From the NCBI GenBank assembly GCA_964493155.1, contig CAZBNE010000001.1:26065-90064 (forward strand): a DNA stretch of 64,000 bases. Direction: 5' to 3'. The position numbers and the translations under genes were made by a program. Positions 28,779 to 38,069 of the stretch are shown here, piece after piece. This stretch comes from an uncultured Pelolinea sp. (lineage in GTDB: Bacteria; Chloroflexota; Anaerolineae; Anaerolineales; Anaerolineaceae). Numbering within the stretch: the first letter of the stretch is position 1; every line of letters starts with the position of its first letter. The notes under the pieces were generated by a model. That model was not told where the DNA came from. It made no database searches and saw nothing but the letters and a program-made list of their open reading frames with translations.

Positions 28779-30002
28779 TTATTTCTTGATCTCATTTATA
28801 GAAGCGTCAAAAGCGCCATCGTGCAGGAGCACATTCACGCACTGGCCTAATTTTACCTGTTGAATGGACGCTGCCACCACGCCGCTCTCATCACGGACCA
28901 GGGCGTAACCGCGTCGCAAAACGTTATATGGATCCAGCGCTTTCAAACTCGCGCTAATGGAATCCAGGCGAGCGCTTTCAGCGCGCAGGAGTGTTTTGAT
29001 CCCGGCTGCCAGCCTCAGCGACAGGTCATCCAGGCGCTGCATACCCTGCCGAACCTGCCAGCGCGGTGAAAGACCTTCGAGTCGGTGGGCGTTTTCTGTC
29101 AGGTGATAACGCCTTTCATCGATTCCAGTTTTCGTTATTCGTGAAAGCTGAAGCGCAAGAGAGCGCAATTCAGACTGGAGGTCGGCCATATCCGGCACAG
29201 CCAGCACAGCCGCCCCGGTGGGTGTGGAGGCACGCAGGTCAGCCGCGAAGTCTGTCAGTGTGAAGTCGGTCTCATGCCCGACGCCGCTGATGACCGGCAC
29301 TATTGATGCGGCTACTGCCCGTACCACACGCTCATCATTAAAAGCCCACAAGTCTTCCAGCGAACCGCCGCCGCGTCCGATAATGATGACATCAGGTTTT
29401 TCAGAATAGTTCAGCGCCTCGATCGCCGCTATGACCAACGCCGGGGCAGATTCGCCCTGGACGGGAACGGGCGCCAGCACAACCTCAACCAGCGGGCAGC
29501 GTACCCGCAGGATGTTGAGGATATCCTGAAAAGCGGCGCCGCTGGCTGAGGTGACTACGCCGATGACCTTTGGCAGGCGCGGAAGCGGGCGTTTGCGTTC
29601 TTCGTCAAACAGGCCTTCCATTTCCAGCCTGGCTTTCAGACGCAGGAATTCCTGATACAGCAAGCCCTCACCGGCAGCACGCAGTCCATCCACATATAAC
29701 TGGTACTGCCCGCCCTGCTCATAGACGCTCACCGCACCATGTGCTTCCACCGCCATACCGTCGCGCAAGGCGGCGCTCAGACAGCGCGCCTGCTCGCGCC
29801 AGATCACACAGCGCAGTGAGGCATGCGCATCCTTAAGGGTGAAATAGATATGACCGGATGATGGCCGTGAAAGGTTGGAGATCTCGCCCGACACCCATAC
29901 ATTCGCCAGGTTTTCGTTGCTTTCCAGCACCGCACGGATGTATGCGGTCAGATCTGCGACCGAATACACCTGCGGGGTTGAAGCCAATGGATCATTTTCC
30001 AT
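28779..30002 (-). CDS. xseA: Exodeoxyribonuclease VII large subunit
   Basis: OB-fold N-terminus (VWVSGEISN...GHIYFTLKD), catalytic region GRGGGSLEDLWAFN. Confidence 0.9.
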   Translation of the reverse strand: MENDPLASTPQVYSVADLTAYIRAVLESNENLANVWVSGEISNLSRPSSGHIYFTLKDAHASLRCVIWREQARCLSAALRDGMAVEAHGAVSVYEQGGQYQLYVDGLRAAGEGLLYQEFLRLKARLEMEGLFDEERKRPLPRLPKVIGVVTSASGAAFQDILNILRVRCPLVEVVLAPVPVQGESAPALVIAAIEALNYSEKPDVIIIGRGGGSLEDLWAFNDERVVRAVAASIVPVISGVGHETDFTLTDFAADLRASTPTGAAVLAVPDMADLQSELRSLALQLSRITKTGIDERRYHLTENAHRLEGLSPRWQVRQGMQRLDDLSLRLAAGIKTLLRAESARLDSISASLKALDPYNVLRRGYALVRDESGVVAASIQQVKLGQCVNVLLHDGAFDASINEIKK

Positions 30003-30086
30003 GGGATTAGCATACTCTTTATGGGAACTGGTGTCAATTGGTCCGCCAAATGGGATAGAATATTTCTGAAAGGAAAATCAAAGCCT

Positions 30087-30572
30087 ATGGATCACATCTG
30101 GTCGCCCTGGCGCATGAAATATATCGGCCGGCAGAAAACCCCGCGCGGCTGTATCTTCTGTAAAGCCGTTCAACGGGAAGACGGTGTGGACAACCTTATT
30201 GTTATGCGCGGCAAGCTGGCTTTTGTGATCCTCAATCGCTATCCCTACACCAGCGGCCATGTAATGGTGGTGCCTTACACCCACGCCAGCACTATGGCAG
30301 AACTGGATGATGCATCGCTTGCTGAGGTAATGTGCCTGATCCGCCAGGCGATCGCTGCTATAAACACTGTTTATAAACCTGAAGGCTTTAACATCGGCGC
30401 CAACCTGGGCGCGGTGGCGGGTGCGGGAATTACCAACCACATCCACTTTCACGTCGTCCCGCGCTGGGGCGGCGACACCAATTTTATGACCTCCGTCAGC
30501 GGCACACGCGTACTGCCTGAAGATCTGTGTGATACCTATCAGCGCCTAAAAGAATCCTGGCCAAAAGGGTAG
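30087..30572 (+). CDS. HIT family hydrolase/phosphorylase
   Basis: WSPWR N-terminus, NRYPYTSGHVMV, histidine triad HIHFHVVPR. Confidence 0.8.
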   Translation: MDHIWSPWRMKYIGRQKTPRGCIFCKAVQREDGVDNLIVMRGKLAFVILNRYPYTSGHVMVVPYTHASTMAELDDASLAEVMCLIRQAIAAINTVYKPEGFNIGANLGAVAGAGITNHIHFHVVPRWGGDTNFMTSVSGTRVLPEDLCDTYQRLKESWPKG

Positions 30573-30622
30573 ATCTCGCATGCCACCCTCATCCGAATTT
30601 CAAATAAAGTGGGTCTTGACTC

Positions 30623-31483
30623 TTGTCTGATAAAGATAATATCCTGTTGAGGTCCGCTGCCTGGGCTGCGCGTATCCTGCCCGCGCCGGTCAAACGCGCC
30701 TTTTACAGGATCCCTTTCCTCGCCCGGCTGATTCGCGGCTCTCTCAACAAAGCCGCGCCGCAAGGCATTACTGAAGTAAAGATTGCCGCCGGGGTGCTCG
30801 CAGGGTTGCGCATGCATCTTGATCTGCACGCTGAAAAGGATTACTGGCTGGGCACGTATGAGCCCGACCTGCAGATCGCCGCGCAGCAATATATAAAATC
30901 GGGCATGGTGGTCTATGACCTTGGCGCCAACATCGGTTACATCAGCCTGATGGCAGCCCGGCTGAGCGGGGAAAGCGGCAGGGTGGTTTCTTTTGAGGCG
31001 CTGCCCGCCAACATTGAGCGCCTGTCTCAGAACGTTGCTCTAAATACCTTACAGGACCGGATTCAGATTGTTCATGCTGCGGTGGTGAATAAGCCCGGGG
31101 ATGTTACCTTTCTGGCTCACGCGTCCGGTGCGATGGGCAAAGCAAAGGGATCTGCCGGGCGTGATGAACATTACACGCAGGCTATCCAGGTTGCCGGGAT
31201 CGCGCTGGATGATTTTGTTTTTCAACAGGGGAATCCGCCGCCCGCAGTAATCAAAATGGATATTGAGGGGGGCGAGGGCCTTGCGCTGGCCGGCATGCCG
31301 CGCTTGCTCAAGGAAGCCCGGCCATTGCTGCTGATCGAACTGCATGGCCAGGAAGCCGCCCGCCAGGTTTGGGACTGTCTGCAAGCCAACCGTTATACCC
31401 TGCGCGCCATGCGCGTTGGCTCAGTTCCGATCCGGTCGCTAGAAGAACTGGACTGGAAGGCGTACGTTATCGCCTCACCCTAA
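30623..31483 (+). CDS. FkbM-family SAM-dependent methyltransferase
   Basis: VYDLGANIGYISL SAM-binding loop and C-terminal IKMDIEGGE. Non-ATG (TTG) start, so the start is uncertain. Confidence 0.65.
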   Translation: MSDKDNILLRSAAWAARILPAPVKRAFYRIPFLARLIRGSLNKAAPQGITEVKIAAGVLAGLRMHLDLHAEKDYWLGTYEPDLQIAAQQYIKSGMVVYDLGANIGYISLMAARLSGESGRVVSFEALPANIERLSQNVALNTLQDRIQIVHAAVVNKPGDVTFLAHASGAMGKAKGSAGRDEHYTQAIQVAGIALDDFVFQQGNPPPAVIKMDIEGGEGLALAGMPRLLKEARPLLLIELHGQEAARQVWDCLQANRYTLRAMRVGSVPIRSLEELDWKAYVIASP

Positions 31484-31505
31484 CACTAAGCCAGAGAATT
31501 AAACC

Positions 31506-31531
31506 AAAACCGGCGCTCGCGCCGGTTTTTT
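31506..31531. terminator. Bidirectional intrinsic terminator
   Basis: GC-rich palindrome CCGGCGC..GCGCCGG flanked by an A run and a T run, between convergent genes. Confidence 0.75.
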
Positions 31532-31555
31532 ATTGGGGCCTTAAGCATTCCAGAT

Positions 31556-31753
31556 CTACTGCTCTTCGGGCACGACCAGCATCATCACCAGGTACGCCCA
31601 GAAGGTGGCACCGCCGGCAAACAAACCAAGCACAAACAGCAGGCGCACGATGGTGGGGTCGACATCCACGTATTCAGCCAAACCGGCGCAGACGCCGGAG
31701 ATCATGCGGTTGTCCCTGGAGCGGTAGAGCCGTTTAACATTGTTGTCAGACAT
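31556..31753 (-). CDS. PspC-domain small membrane protein
   Basis: LYRSRDNRMISGVCAGLAEYVDVDPTIVRLLFVL. AAGGAGA RBS. Confidence 0.8.
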   Translation of the reverse strand: MSDNNVKRLYRSRDNRMISGVCAGLAEYVDVDPTIVRLLFVLGLFAGGATFWAYLVMMLVVPEEQ

Positions 31754-31871
31754 TGTTATTCTCCTTTTTTGATAATCTATATCTCATATACGCAGCACGA
31801 ATCCTGTGGTTGCGCTTAAGTTGTTCAAAACCAAATGGCAGAACTTTCGTATTAATCAGTACGAGGAAGAA

Positions 31872-32096
31872 ATGAAGAATAACGTGCAAACTACTCCCTG
31901 GCTGCTCTGGCCTCTTAAAGCTCTGCTGGATCTGATCGAAGGTATCATCAAATTGACCGGCCGGCTTGTAGCCGCGGTTTTCGGGCTGGCAATGATGATC
32001 GTCGGTGTTGTGCTGACTATCCTGGTCATTACCGCCCCGCTGGGCATTCCGATGATCATCTTTGGTTTTCTTTTGATGATACGAGGAATATTCTAA
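31872..32096 (+). CDS. Small two-TM membrane protein, unknown function
   Basis: GAGGAAG RBS before ATG 31872. Hydrophobic helices. No recognisable family. Confidence 0.4.
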   Translation: MKNNVQTTPWLLWPLKALLDLIEGIIKLTGRLVAAVFGLAMMIVGVVLTILVITAPLGIPMIIFGFLLMIRGIF

Positions 32097-32286
32097 ATAT
32101 TATGTGAGGTGAATATAGAGCTGATTTGAAAATCTACTCCTAATTTGGTCCTACTTAACTGCTAAGCCATTCTGACTTTACGTGCGCTGTGATGCTTAAC
32201 CCGGTGCTTGAGGTATTGTAGGTTGAATATGTTAGAAATGCTATAATAAGTTTTGAATTGCGAAATCAATAATCCAGGAGGTTGCA

Positions 32287-32757
32287 ATGAAAGGTAATGA
32301 AAAAATTCTTGAAAAATTGAATGATCTTCTTTCAGATGAGCTCACTGCAGTTAATCAGTACATGGTGCACGCGGAGATGGATGACGACTGGTCATATTCC
32401 CGCTTGGCTGAAACAGTTGAAAAGCGCGCTATTGACGAAATGAAGCACGCCGAGAAACTGATTGCCCGTATCCTTTATCTTGAGGGTATGCCAATTGTCA
32501 GTTCCTACAAAAAAATAAATATTGGCTCTGATGTGGAAAAACAGATTGGTCATGACTGGGACGCAGAATTTGGCGCGATCAAATCCTATAATGACGGCAT
32601 CAAGCTGAGTTCGGAGCTCGGAGATAACGGGACTGAACAACTTTTGAAGGAAATATTGAAGGACGAAGAAGCACATATTGACTGGCTGGAAGCCCAGAAA
32701 GACCAGATAAGCCAGATCGGTATTCAGATGTACCTTGCTGAACAGATCAAAGAATAA
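32287..32757 (+). CDS. bfr: Bacterioferritin
   Basis: MKGNEKILEKLNDLLSDELTAVNQYMVHAEM and ferroxidase-centre Glu/His spacing (DEMKHAE, EEAHIDWLE). AGGAGG RBS. Confidence 0.9.
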   Translation: MKGNEKILEKLNDLLSDELTAVNQYMVHAEMDDDWSYSRLAETVEKRAIDEMKHAEKLIARILYLEGMPIVSSYKKINIGSDVEKQIGHDWDAEFGAIKSYNDGIKLSSELGDNGTEQLLKEILKDEEAHIDWLEAQKDQISQIGIQMYLAEQIKE

Positions 32758-32777
32758 TTTTTTACATACGGTTATAC

Positions 32778-32807
32778 AAAAGCCGGGGCGCATCCCGGCT
32801 TTTTTTC
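32778..32807. terminator. Bidirectional intrinsic terminator
   Basis: Stem AGCCGGG / CCCGGCT flanked by AAA and TTTTTTT, between bfr and gatB. Confidence 0.75.
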
Positions 32808-32838
32808 TCTAAAAATTCTTGTTTTTGAAAAAACTTCT

Positions 32839-34293
32839 TTAAGAGAGCAATTCTTTCAGGATCTGCCCGACGATTTTCGCGTCAGCCTTGCCCTTCATCT
32901 CGTGCATCACCTGGCCCACAAACCAGCCCATCAGGGTCTCTTTGCCGCCTCTATACGCCGCAACCTCATTGGGGTTGGCATCCACGATCTTCTGGCAGGC
33001 GGCGCGGATGGCGCTGTCATCGGTCACCTGCGCCAATCCCAGTTCTTCAACCAGTACTTTAGGTGCCTTGCCGCTTTCGTTGATCTTCTGCAGCAGTATT
33101 TTGCCGGTGGTGATGTTGATCGCGCCCGCATCAACCAGGCTGATCAGTTCAGCTAGGAATTGCGGTGTCAGTTTTATTTGTTTTATATCCAGCCTCTGCT
33201 CATTGATCATGCGCAGGACGTCATTCATCAGCCAGTTGGATACTTTCTTGGCTTCGCCTTTATAGGCTTTGGCTGCACTTTCAAAATAATCCGAAAGTCC
33301 GCGTTCCAGGGTCAGGATATCGGCATCATACTCGGGCAGGCTGTATTCAGTCATAAAACGCTGGCGCCGTTCAAGGGGACGCTCCGGGAATTCCGCCAGG
33401 ATCTGTGCTTTCCACTCCGGGCTGATCTCCAGCGGCAGCTGGTCCGGCTCGCGGAAGTAGCGGTAATCCGCCTCGCTTTCCTTTGAGCGCATTTTGCGCA
33501 GCGTGCCGCTATCCTCATCCCATTCCAGTGTCCAGGATTCAATGGGTTTGCCTTCTTCCACATCGCGCCTCTGGCGCTCGATCTCCTTGCGGATGGCGTC
33601 ACGTACGGCATCAATGGAGTTGACATTCTTAATTTCGGTCTTCTGGTTAAGAACTTCGCTGCCCTTGATACGGATGGACACATTCGCATCGCAGCGCAGG
33701 TTGCCTTTTTCCATGTCGGCATCCGAGACGCCCAACCAACGCAGCAGCTGGCGCAGGCGTATCAGGTACTGTGCAGCTTCGTCGGCAGTGCGCAGGTCGG
33801 GTTCAGTGACCATTTCAACCAGCGGCACGCCGCAGCGGTTAAAGTCCACCAGCCTGCGCCGGCCGGCGTTTTTGGTCTTGCCGGCATCTTCTTCAATATG
33901 CAGCCGGTTGATGCGCACGTGGCAGATATAGCCTTTGTCCTCCGGGTCTGCTGCAGCCGGGATGGGCAGGTCGACAAAACCCCTTTTGGCCAGCGGCATA
34001 TGGAACTGTGAGATCTGAAAACCCTTGGGTAAGTCGGCATAGAAATAGTTCTTGCGGTCAAAACAGGATACCGGCTGGATTGCGGCATGCATGGCTTCAG
34101 CCAGCAGAACCGCTTTCTCGGCAACTGCCTTGTTGAAGACCGGCAGCACTCCGGGCAGCCCGGCGCAAACAGGGCAGATGTTGGTATTCGGCGCGTCTTC
34201 CCATGAATTCGCCTTGCAGGAGCAGAAAACCTTGGTGCGCGTGTTCAACTGGATATGAGTCTCCAGGCCGATCACAGCTTCATAGTCGGTCAT
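32839..34293 (-). CDS. gatB: Asp/Glu-tRNA amidotransferase subunit B
   Basis: YEAVIGLETHIQL N-terminus, C-terminal YqeY-like tail. ATGA overlap with the gatA stop. Confidence 0.9.
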   Translation of the reverse strand: MTDYEAVIGLETHIQLNTRTKVFCSCKANSWEDAPNTNICPVCAGLPGVLPVFNKAVAEKAVLLAEAMHAAIQPVSCFDRKNYFYADLPKGFQISQFHMPLAKRGFVDLPIPAAADPEDKGYICHVRINRLHIEEDAGKTKNAGRRRLVDFNRCGVPLVEMVTEPDLRTADEAAQYLIRLRQLLRWLGVSDADMEKGNLRCDANVSIRIKGSEVLNQKTEIKNVNSIDAVRDAIRKEIERQRRDVEEGKPIESWTLEWDEDSGTLRKMRSKESEADYRYFREPDQLPLEISPEWKAQILAEFPERPLERRQRFMTEYSLPEYDADILTLERGLSDYFESAAKAYKGEAKKVSNWLMNDVLRMINEQRLDIKQIKLTPQFLAELISLVDAGAINITTGKILLQKINESGKAPKVLVEELGLAQVTDDSAIRAACQKIVDANPNEVAAYRGGKETLMGWFVGQVMHEMKGKADAKIVGQILKELLS

Positions 34294-35894
34294 GCGGCAC
34301 CTCCTCTCAGGATGGCAGGGCGCACTTTGCGCCAATCCGAGTCTGCTGTGGCTTTCTCGTATGCATGTGTCAGTTGCAGCAATTTTCCCTCAGAAAAGTC
34401 AGCACCCAGCAGCTGCAATCCGATCGGCAGTCCTTCAGCGTCGAATCCGCCCGGGAAGGAAATGCCGGGTGAACCGGAATGGTTGGCCGGTACAGTGAGC
34501 TGGTCGCCATACTGCATCAGCACCGAATCGCCGTAAACGCCCTTCATCGGGTAGGCCGTGGTGGGTGTGGTGGGCGTCAGCAGCGCATCCAGCCGGTATT
34601 TCCCTTTAGGATCAAAAGCATCGTCAAAGTCGCGGCGAATGAGCGTGCGCACGCGCAGCGCCCGGCGGTAGTACTGCTCGCTGTATTGCGCGGCGCTGAC
34701 GTACATACCCATCAGGATGCGCAGTTTGGGCTGCAGGCCAAAACCTTCTCCGCGCGAACGCTGGTATAGATCTTTCAATTCATTAACCGGTCTTTGTGTG
34801 CGGTAGCCGTATTTCACTCCGTCAAAGCGGTGCAGGTTCGATGCGGCTTCCACGCGGCTGATGACAAAATAGGCCGGGATGCCATAGCGCGTATTGGGCA
34901 TGGGTACATCTTCAACGATCTCCGCGCCCAGCGTTCGATAAACTTCCACCGCCTTGAGCACAGCGGCTTTGATATCATCCGGGACTTCCTGTTCATGATA
35001 ATTGCCGGATCGCGCGTCAGGGAAGGTGATGCGAAAATAATCAGGTGAAAGCCCGATGCGCATGCCTTTGATATCCTTATCAATCCCTGCCAGATAATCC
35101 GGTACTGGCACTTCCGCCGCGGTGGCGTCCTGCCTGTCCGCTCCGGCGATGGCGTTCATCATCAGGGCGGCATCTGCCGCTCTGCGCGCCACCGGCCCGG
35201 GGCAATCAAGCGAAGAACCGAACGCGATCAGCCCGTAACGGGATACGCGCCCGTAAGTGGGCTTAAAGCCGATCACACCGCAGAACGCAGCCGGCTGGCG
35301 GATGGACCCGGCAGTATCGGTACCTAACGAAAGATAAGCTTCACCTGCCGCAACAGAAGCCGCGCTTCCTCCCGATGATCCGCCGGGAACATGTGCAGGA
35401 TTCCAGGGATTGCGTGTGGAGGGCTTGAAGGCCGATGATTCAGTGGATGAGCCGTGTGTGAATTCATCCAGGTTAACCTTGCCAAGCGGGATCCCGCCTG
35501 CCTTGAGCATACGCTGAACAGGTGTTGCAGTGTAAGGCGATACGAAATTAGCCAGCATTTTCGACGCGGCTGTGGAAGGCGTATCCTTCACGCAGAAAAT
35601 GTCCTTTACCGTAAAAGGAATTCCCGCGAGCGGACCAGGATCCTCGCCTGCGGCAAATTGGCTGTCTATCTCCCGTGCGCGCGCCCGTGCTTTTTCGGGC
35701 ATCAGGCTGATAAAGGCATGGATCTTGTGCGTATCTGCTTCGGTTTCAGGTTCATTATCCAGCGCGCCAGGTCGGCCGTCCACTGCTTCAATACGTGTAA
35801 GGCAGGCATCCACAACCTCCAATGCCGAGGTCTTTCTGGCGCGCAGCATGTGTGCAATTTCAAATGCGGAAAGGTCGCAAAGTTCCATGGTCAC
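34290..35894 (-). CDS. gatA: Asp/Glu-tRNA amidotransferase subunit A (amidase signature)
   Basis: Amidase signature GGSSGGSAASVA and DTAGSIRQPA. Confidence 0.9.
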   Translation of the reverse strand: MTMELCDLSAFEIAHMLRARKTSALEVVDACLTRIEAVDGRPGALDNEPETEADTHKIHAFISLMPEKARARAREIDSQFAAGEDPGPLAGIPFTVKDIFCVKDTPSTAASKMLANFVSPYTATPVQRMLKAGGIPLGKVNLDEFTHGSSTESSAFKPSTRNPWNPAHVPGGSSGGSAASVAAGEAYLSLGTDTAGSIRQPAAFCGVIGFKPTYGRVSRYGLIAFGSSLDCPGPVARRAADAALMMNAIAGADRQDATAAEVPVPDYLAGIDKDIKGMRIGLSPDYFRITFPDARSGNYHEQEVPDDIKAAVLKAVEVYRTLGAEIVEDVPMPNTRYGIPAYFVISRVEAASNLHRFDGVKYGYRTQRPVNELKDLYQRSRGEGFGLQPKLRILMGMYVSAAQYSEQYYRRALRVRTLIRRDFDDAFDPKGKYRLDALLTPTTPTTAYPMKGVYGDSVLMQYGDQLTVPANHSGSPGISFPGGFDAEGLPIGLQLLGADFSEGKLLQLTHAYEKATADSDWRKVRPAILRGGAA

Positions 35895-36220
35895 TCCAGG
35901 GTGGTATGCGGAATATCAGGGACGATAATATAGCCTTCTTCGAACTGGGGCGTCTGGGCAGTGATGGCTTCGACTTCCGGGCAGGCCTCCCAGATATCAT
36001 CACGAAGGGCGGGCTTGTGCTCCGGCGGGTAAGGCACCCCGTGTGAAGCGGCAGGCAGATCATGATCCAACTGTATGGCCCCCAACTCGCGGATGGATGT
36101 CAACTGCTTGTTCAATTCATGCCTTAAGTACTCTGCCTGGCTGCTTTCCAGTTCCAGAGCTGCCAGCTGAACCAGATGATCAAATACTTGCGGAGAGATT
36201 TCCTCTTGAGGTCTGGTCAT
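35891..36220 (-). CDS. gatC: Asp/Glu-tRNA amidotransferase subunit C
   Basis: Small protein immediately upstream of gatA with a 4-nt overlap. GatC-like LAALELESSQAEYL pattern. Confidence 0.75.
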   Translation of the reverse strand: MTRPQEEISPQVFDHLVQLAALELESSQAEYLRHELNKQLTSIRELGAIQLDHDLPAASHGVPYPPEHKPALRDDIWEACPEVEAITAQTPQFEEGYIIVPDIPHTTLE

Positions 36221-36343
36221 TTTTCATAGTCCTCCTTGGAGTCAGATTTCCCATGCAGTATATCATGCTGGTCCAGCTTCCACTTCGGGAAGGATCACAG
36301 GGCTGGATGCTATAATCCACCCAGACCAGCAGAAGTATCTTTT

Positions 36344-36781
36344 ATGATGAAAAAAAACGAGGCTGAACGGAAAAACGGCGCCTGGCGCAGGATCATTTTA
36401 CTTTTCCTGCTGCCCATTTATGCGCTTATCGGCTGGTTGCGGTTGCATGAATCATTAGATTACTGGAACTATCTGATCGAATTGAATATTTGGCCGCGTC
36501 CGCTTTACTTTGCCATTACCGGCGGGTTGCTGGGTTTGGGTTTCACGCTCGCCTGGATTTTCCTGCTGTTAAAGTTCAAGACCAGCGCTCGTTACAATCG
36601 TATCCTCGGGTTTATCTTCATATTCTGGTTCTGGGCAGACCGTATTTGGCTGAGTTTGCGGGAAGCGTTTTTCAACCAGCTTTTTTCTGCTTTTTTTATC
36701 ACCGCGGTAACGCTGGGTTGGATGTTCCTGCTGATCAATAAAACAGACTTTAGGCAAAAGGTGAGATCTGATGAGCCATAA
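36344..36781 (+). CDS. Integral membrane protein, unknown function
   Basis: 4 predicted TM helices. Start chosen at the MMKKNE ATG pair. Overlaps the next gene by 11 nt. Confidence 0.45.
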   Translation: MMKKNEAERKNGAWRRIILLFLLPIYALIGWLRLHESLDYWNYLIELNIWPRPLYFAITGGLLGLGFTLAWIFLLLKFKTSARYNRILGFIFIFWFWADRIWLSLREAFFNQLFSAFFITAVTLGWMFLLINKTDFRQKVRSDEP

Positions 36782-37367
36782 ACTGGAACAGGAAGTCAAG
36801 TTCTATCTGCATGATCTTAAGACATTTGAGGAGCGGCTGATCGCACAAGGGGCTCGCCTCAAACTGGAACGATGCCTTGAGATTAACTTACGCTTTGATA
36901 CACCGGACCGGCGCTTAAGCAGATCTTTTCAGACCTTGCGCTTGCGGCAGGACAAGATCTGCCGCCTGACATGGAAGGATGCCGCCAACCTGTCGGGAGA
37001 GGTCAATGCGCGTGAGGAGCTTGAAATTGAGGTCAGTGACCTGGTTACCGCGCGCACCATTCTGGAAAAGTTAGGCTTTGAGCTGATGCTGGTGTATGAA
37101 AAATACCGCAGCGCTTACATGCTGGGTGATGTGGAGATCTCGCTGGATGAAATGCCCTTCGGTCATTTCTGCGAGCTGGAAGGAGCGGATATCGGAAGCA
37201 TCAAGTATGCAGCGGCTCTTTTAGATCTGGATTGGGAAAGCAGAAGCGCACTCAGCTATCTGGCTCTTTTTAATAATTTAAAAGAAAAGCTTGGTTTGGA
37301 CATGAAAGATATGACCTTCGAAAATTTTAAGAAAATCAAGGTAACAAGGCAAGACTTGGAATTTTGA
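36771..37367 (+). CDS. CYTH-domain protein (class IV adenylate cyclase / triphosphatase-like)
   Basis: EQEVKF start (ExExK motif), LRLRQD, REELEIEV are typical CYTH strands. Confidence 0.7.
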   Translation: MSHKLEQEVKFYLHDLKTFEERLIAQGARLKLERCLEINLRFDTPDRRLSRSFQTLRLRQDKICRLTWKDAANLSGEVNAREELEIEVSDLVTARTILEKLGFELMLVYEKYRSAYMLGDVEISLDEMPFGHFCELEGADIGSIKYAAALLDLDWESRSALSYLALFNNLKEKLGLDMKDMTFENFKKIKVTRQDLEF

Positions 37368-37382
37368 CTTTTCTTTCCTCAT

Positions 37383-37907
37383 CTAATATTCAAATCCCGC
37401 TTCAAATTCTGCCCGGCGTACATCCATCTCATCCCAGATGGGTTTCGGCACATATCCCCTGATGATTTCGATCACCTCTTCAACCTTCTCGCGCTCCTGG
37501 CGGGCTAAAATGGAAACGCTGGGGATCACATATTTCTCCTTGCCAACATTGATCATCAGGCTTGTGCCCTGCCCGCCCAGCAGCGGCTGGCCGGTTGACC
37601 ACTTTGAGCGAAACACCCCTTTTTCGGCCAGAGTTTCATAAAGAGCATCCATATCTGAGTTTTGAAGATCGAATGTAGTCTCCCATAGATCGTCTGAATT
37701 ATCAGGCGCGTAACCGGGTTGAAATGAAAATGTACCAGAGAAATCCGGACTAATCGAAATAATATAAGAGTAATGGTAAGGAGGCGGCAAAGCTCCCGTA
37801 TCCCATTCAAGGGTCAGGCTGAAGTCTTCGGGCCGGGCAGCCTGCCCTCGTGAGCAGGCGGTCAATCCCAGGCACACGATAAACAGCGCCCAACTTACTG
37901 TTTTCAT
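37383..37907 (-). CDS. Secreted lipoprotein, unknown function
   Basis: Signal peptide with lipobox LTAC. No recognisable family. Confidence 0.5.
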   Translation of the reverse strand: MKTVSWALFIVCLGLTACSRGQAARPEDFSLTLEWDTGALPPPYHYSYIISISPDFSGTFSFQPGYAPDNSDDLWETTFDLQNSDMDALYETLAEKGVFRSKWSTGQPLLGGQGTSLMINVGKEKYVIPSVSILARQEREKVEEVIEIIRGYVPKPIWDEMDVRRAEFEAGFEY

Positions 37908-38069
37908 AAGTACCTCCGTTCCAATTGATGTTCTTTCATGATAATTAATTATAGGTACACCAATTTTTTTGATGAAAGATAGTTTTGATAAATATGACTT
38001 TAAGCGTACACGATTTATTGATTTCTTCTATAATACATGGGTTTTTTATACCTTTTTTGGAGAGACATT

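Noticed and set aside
32225-32286. Fur/DtxR-type operator upstream of bfr (TGAATTGCGAAATCAATAATC)
   Set aside because: It is only an imperfect palindrome with partial resemblance to a Fur box in an AT-rich promoter region. I cannot distinguish it from chance.
33160-34536. Several 90-145-aa plus-strand ORFs across gatB and gatA, and similar ones at 35454-35933
   Set aside because: They are antisense shadows of highly conserved gatCAB genes.
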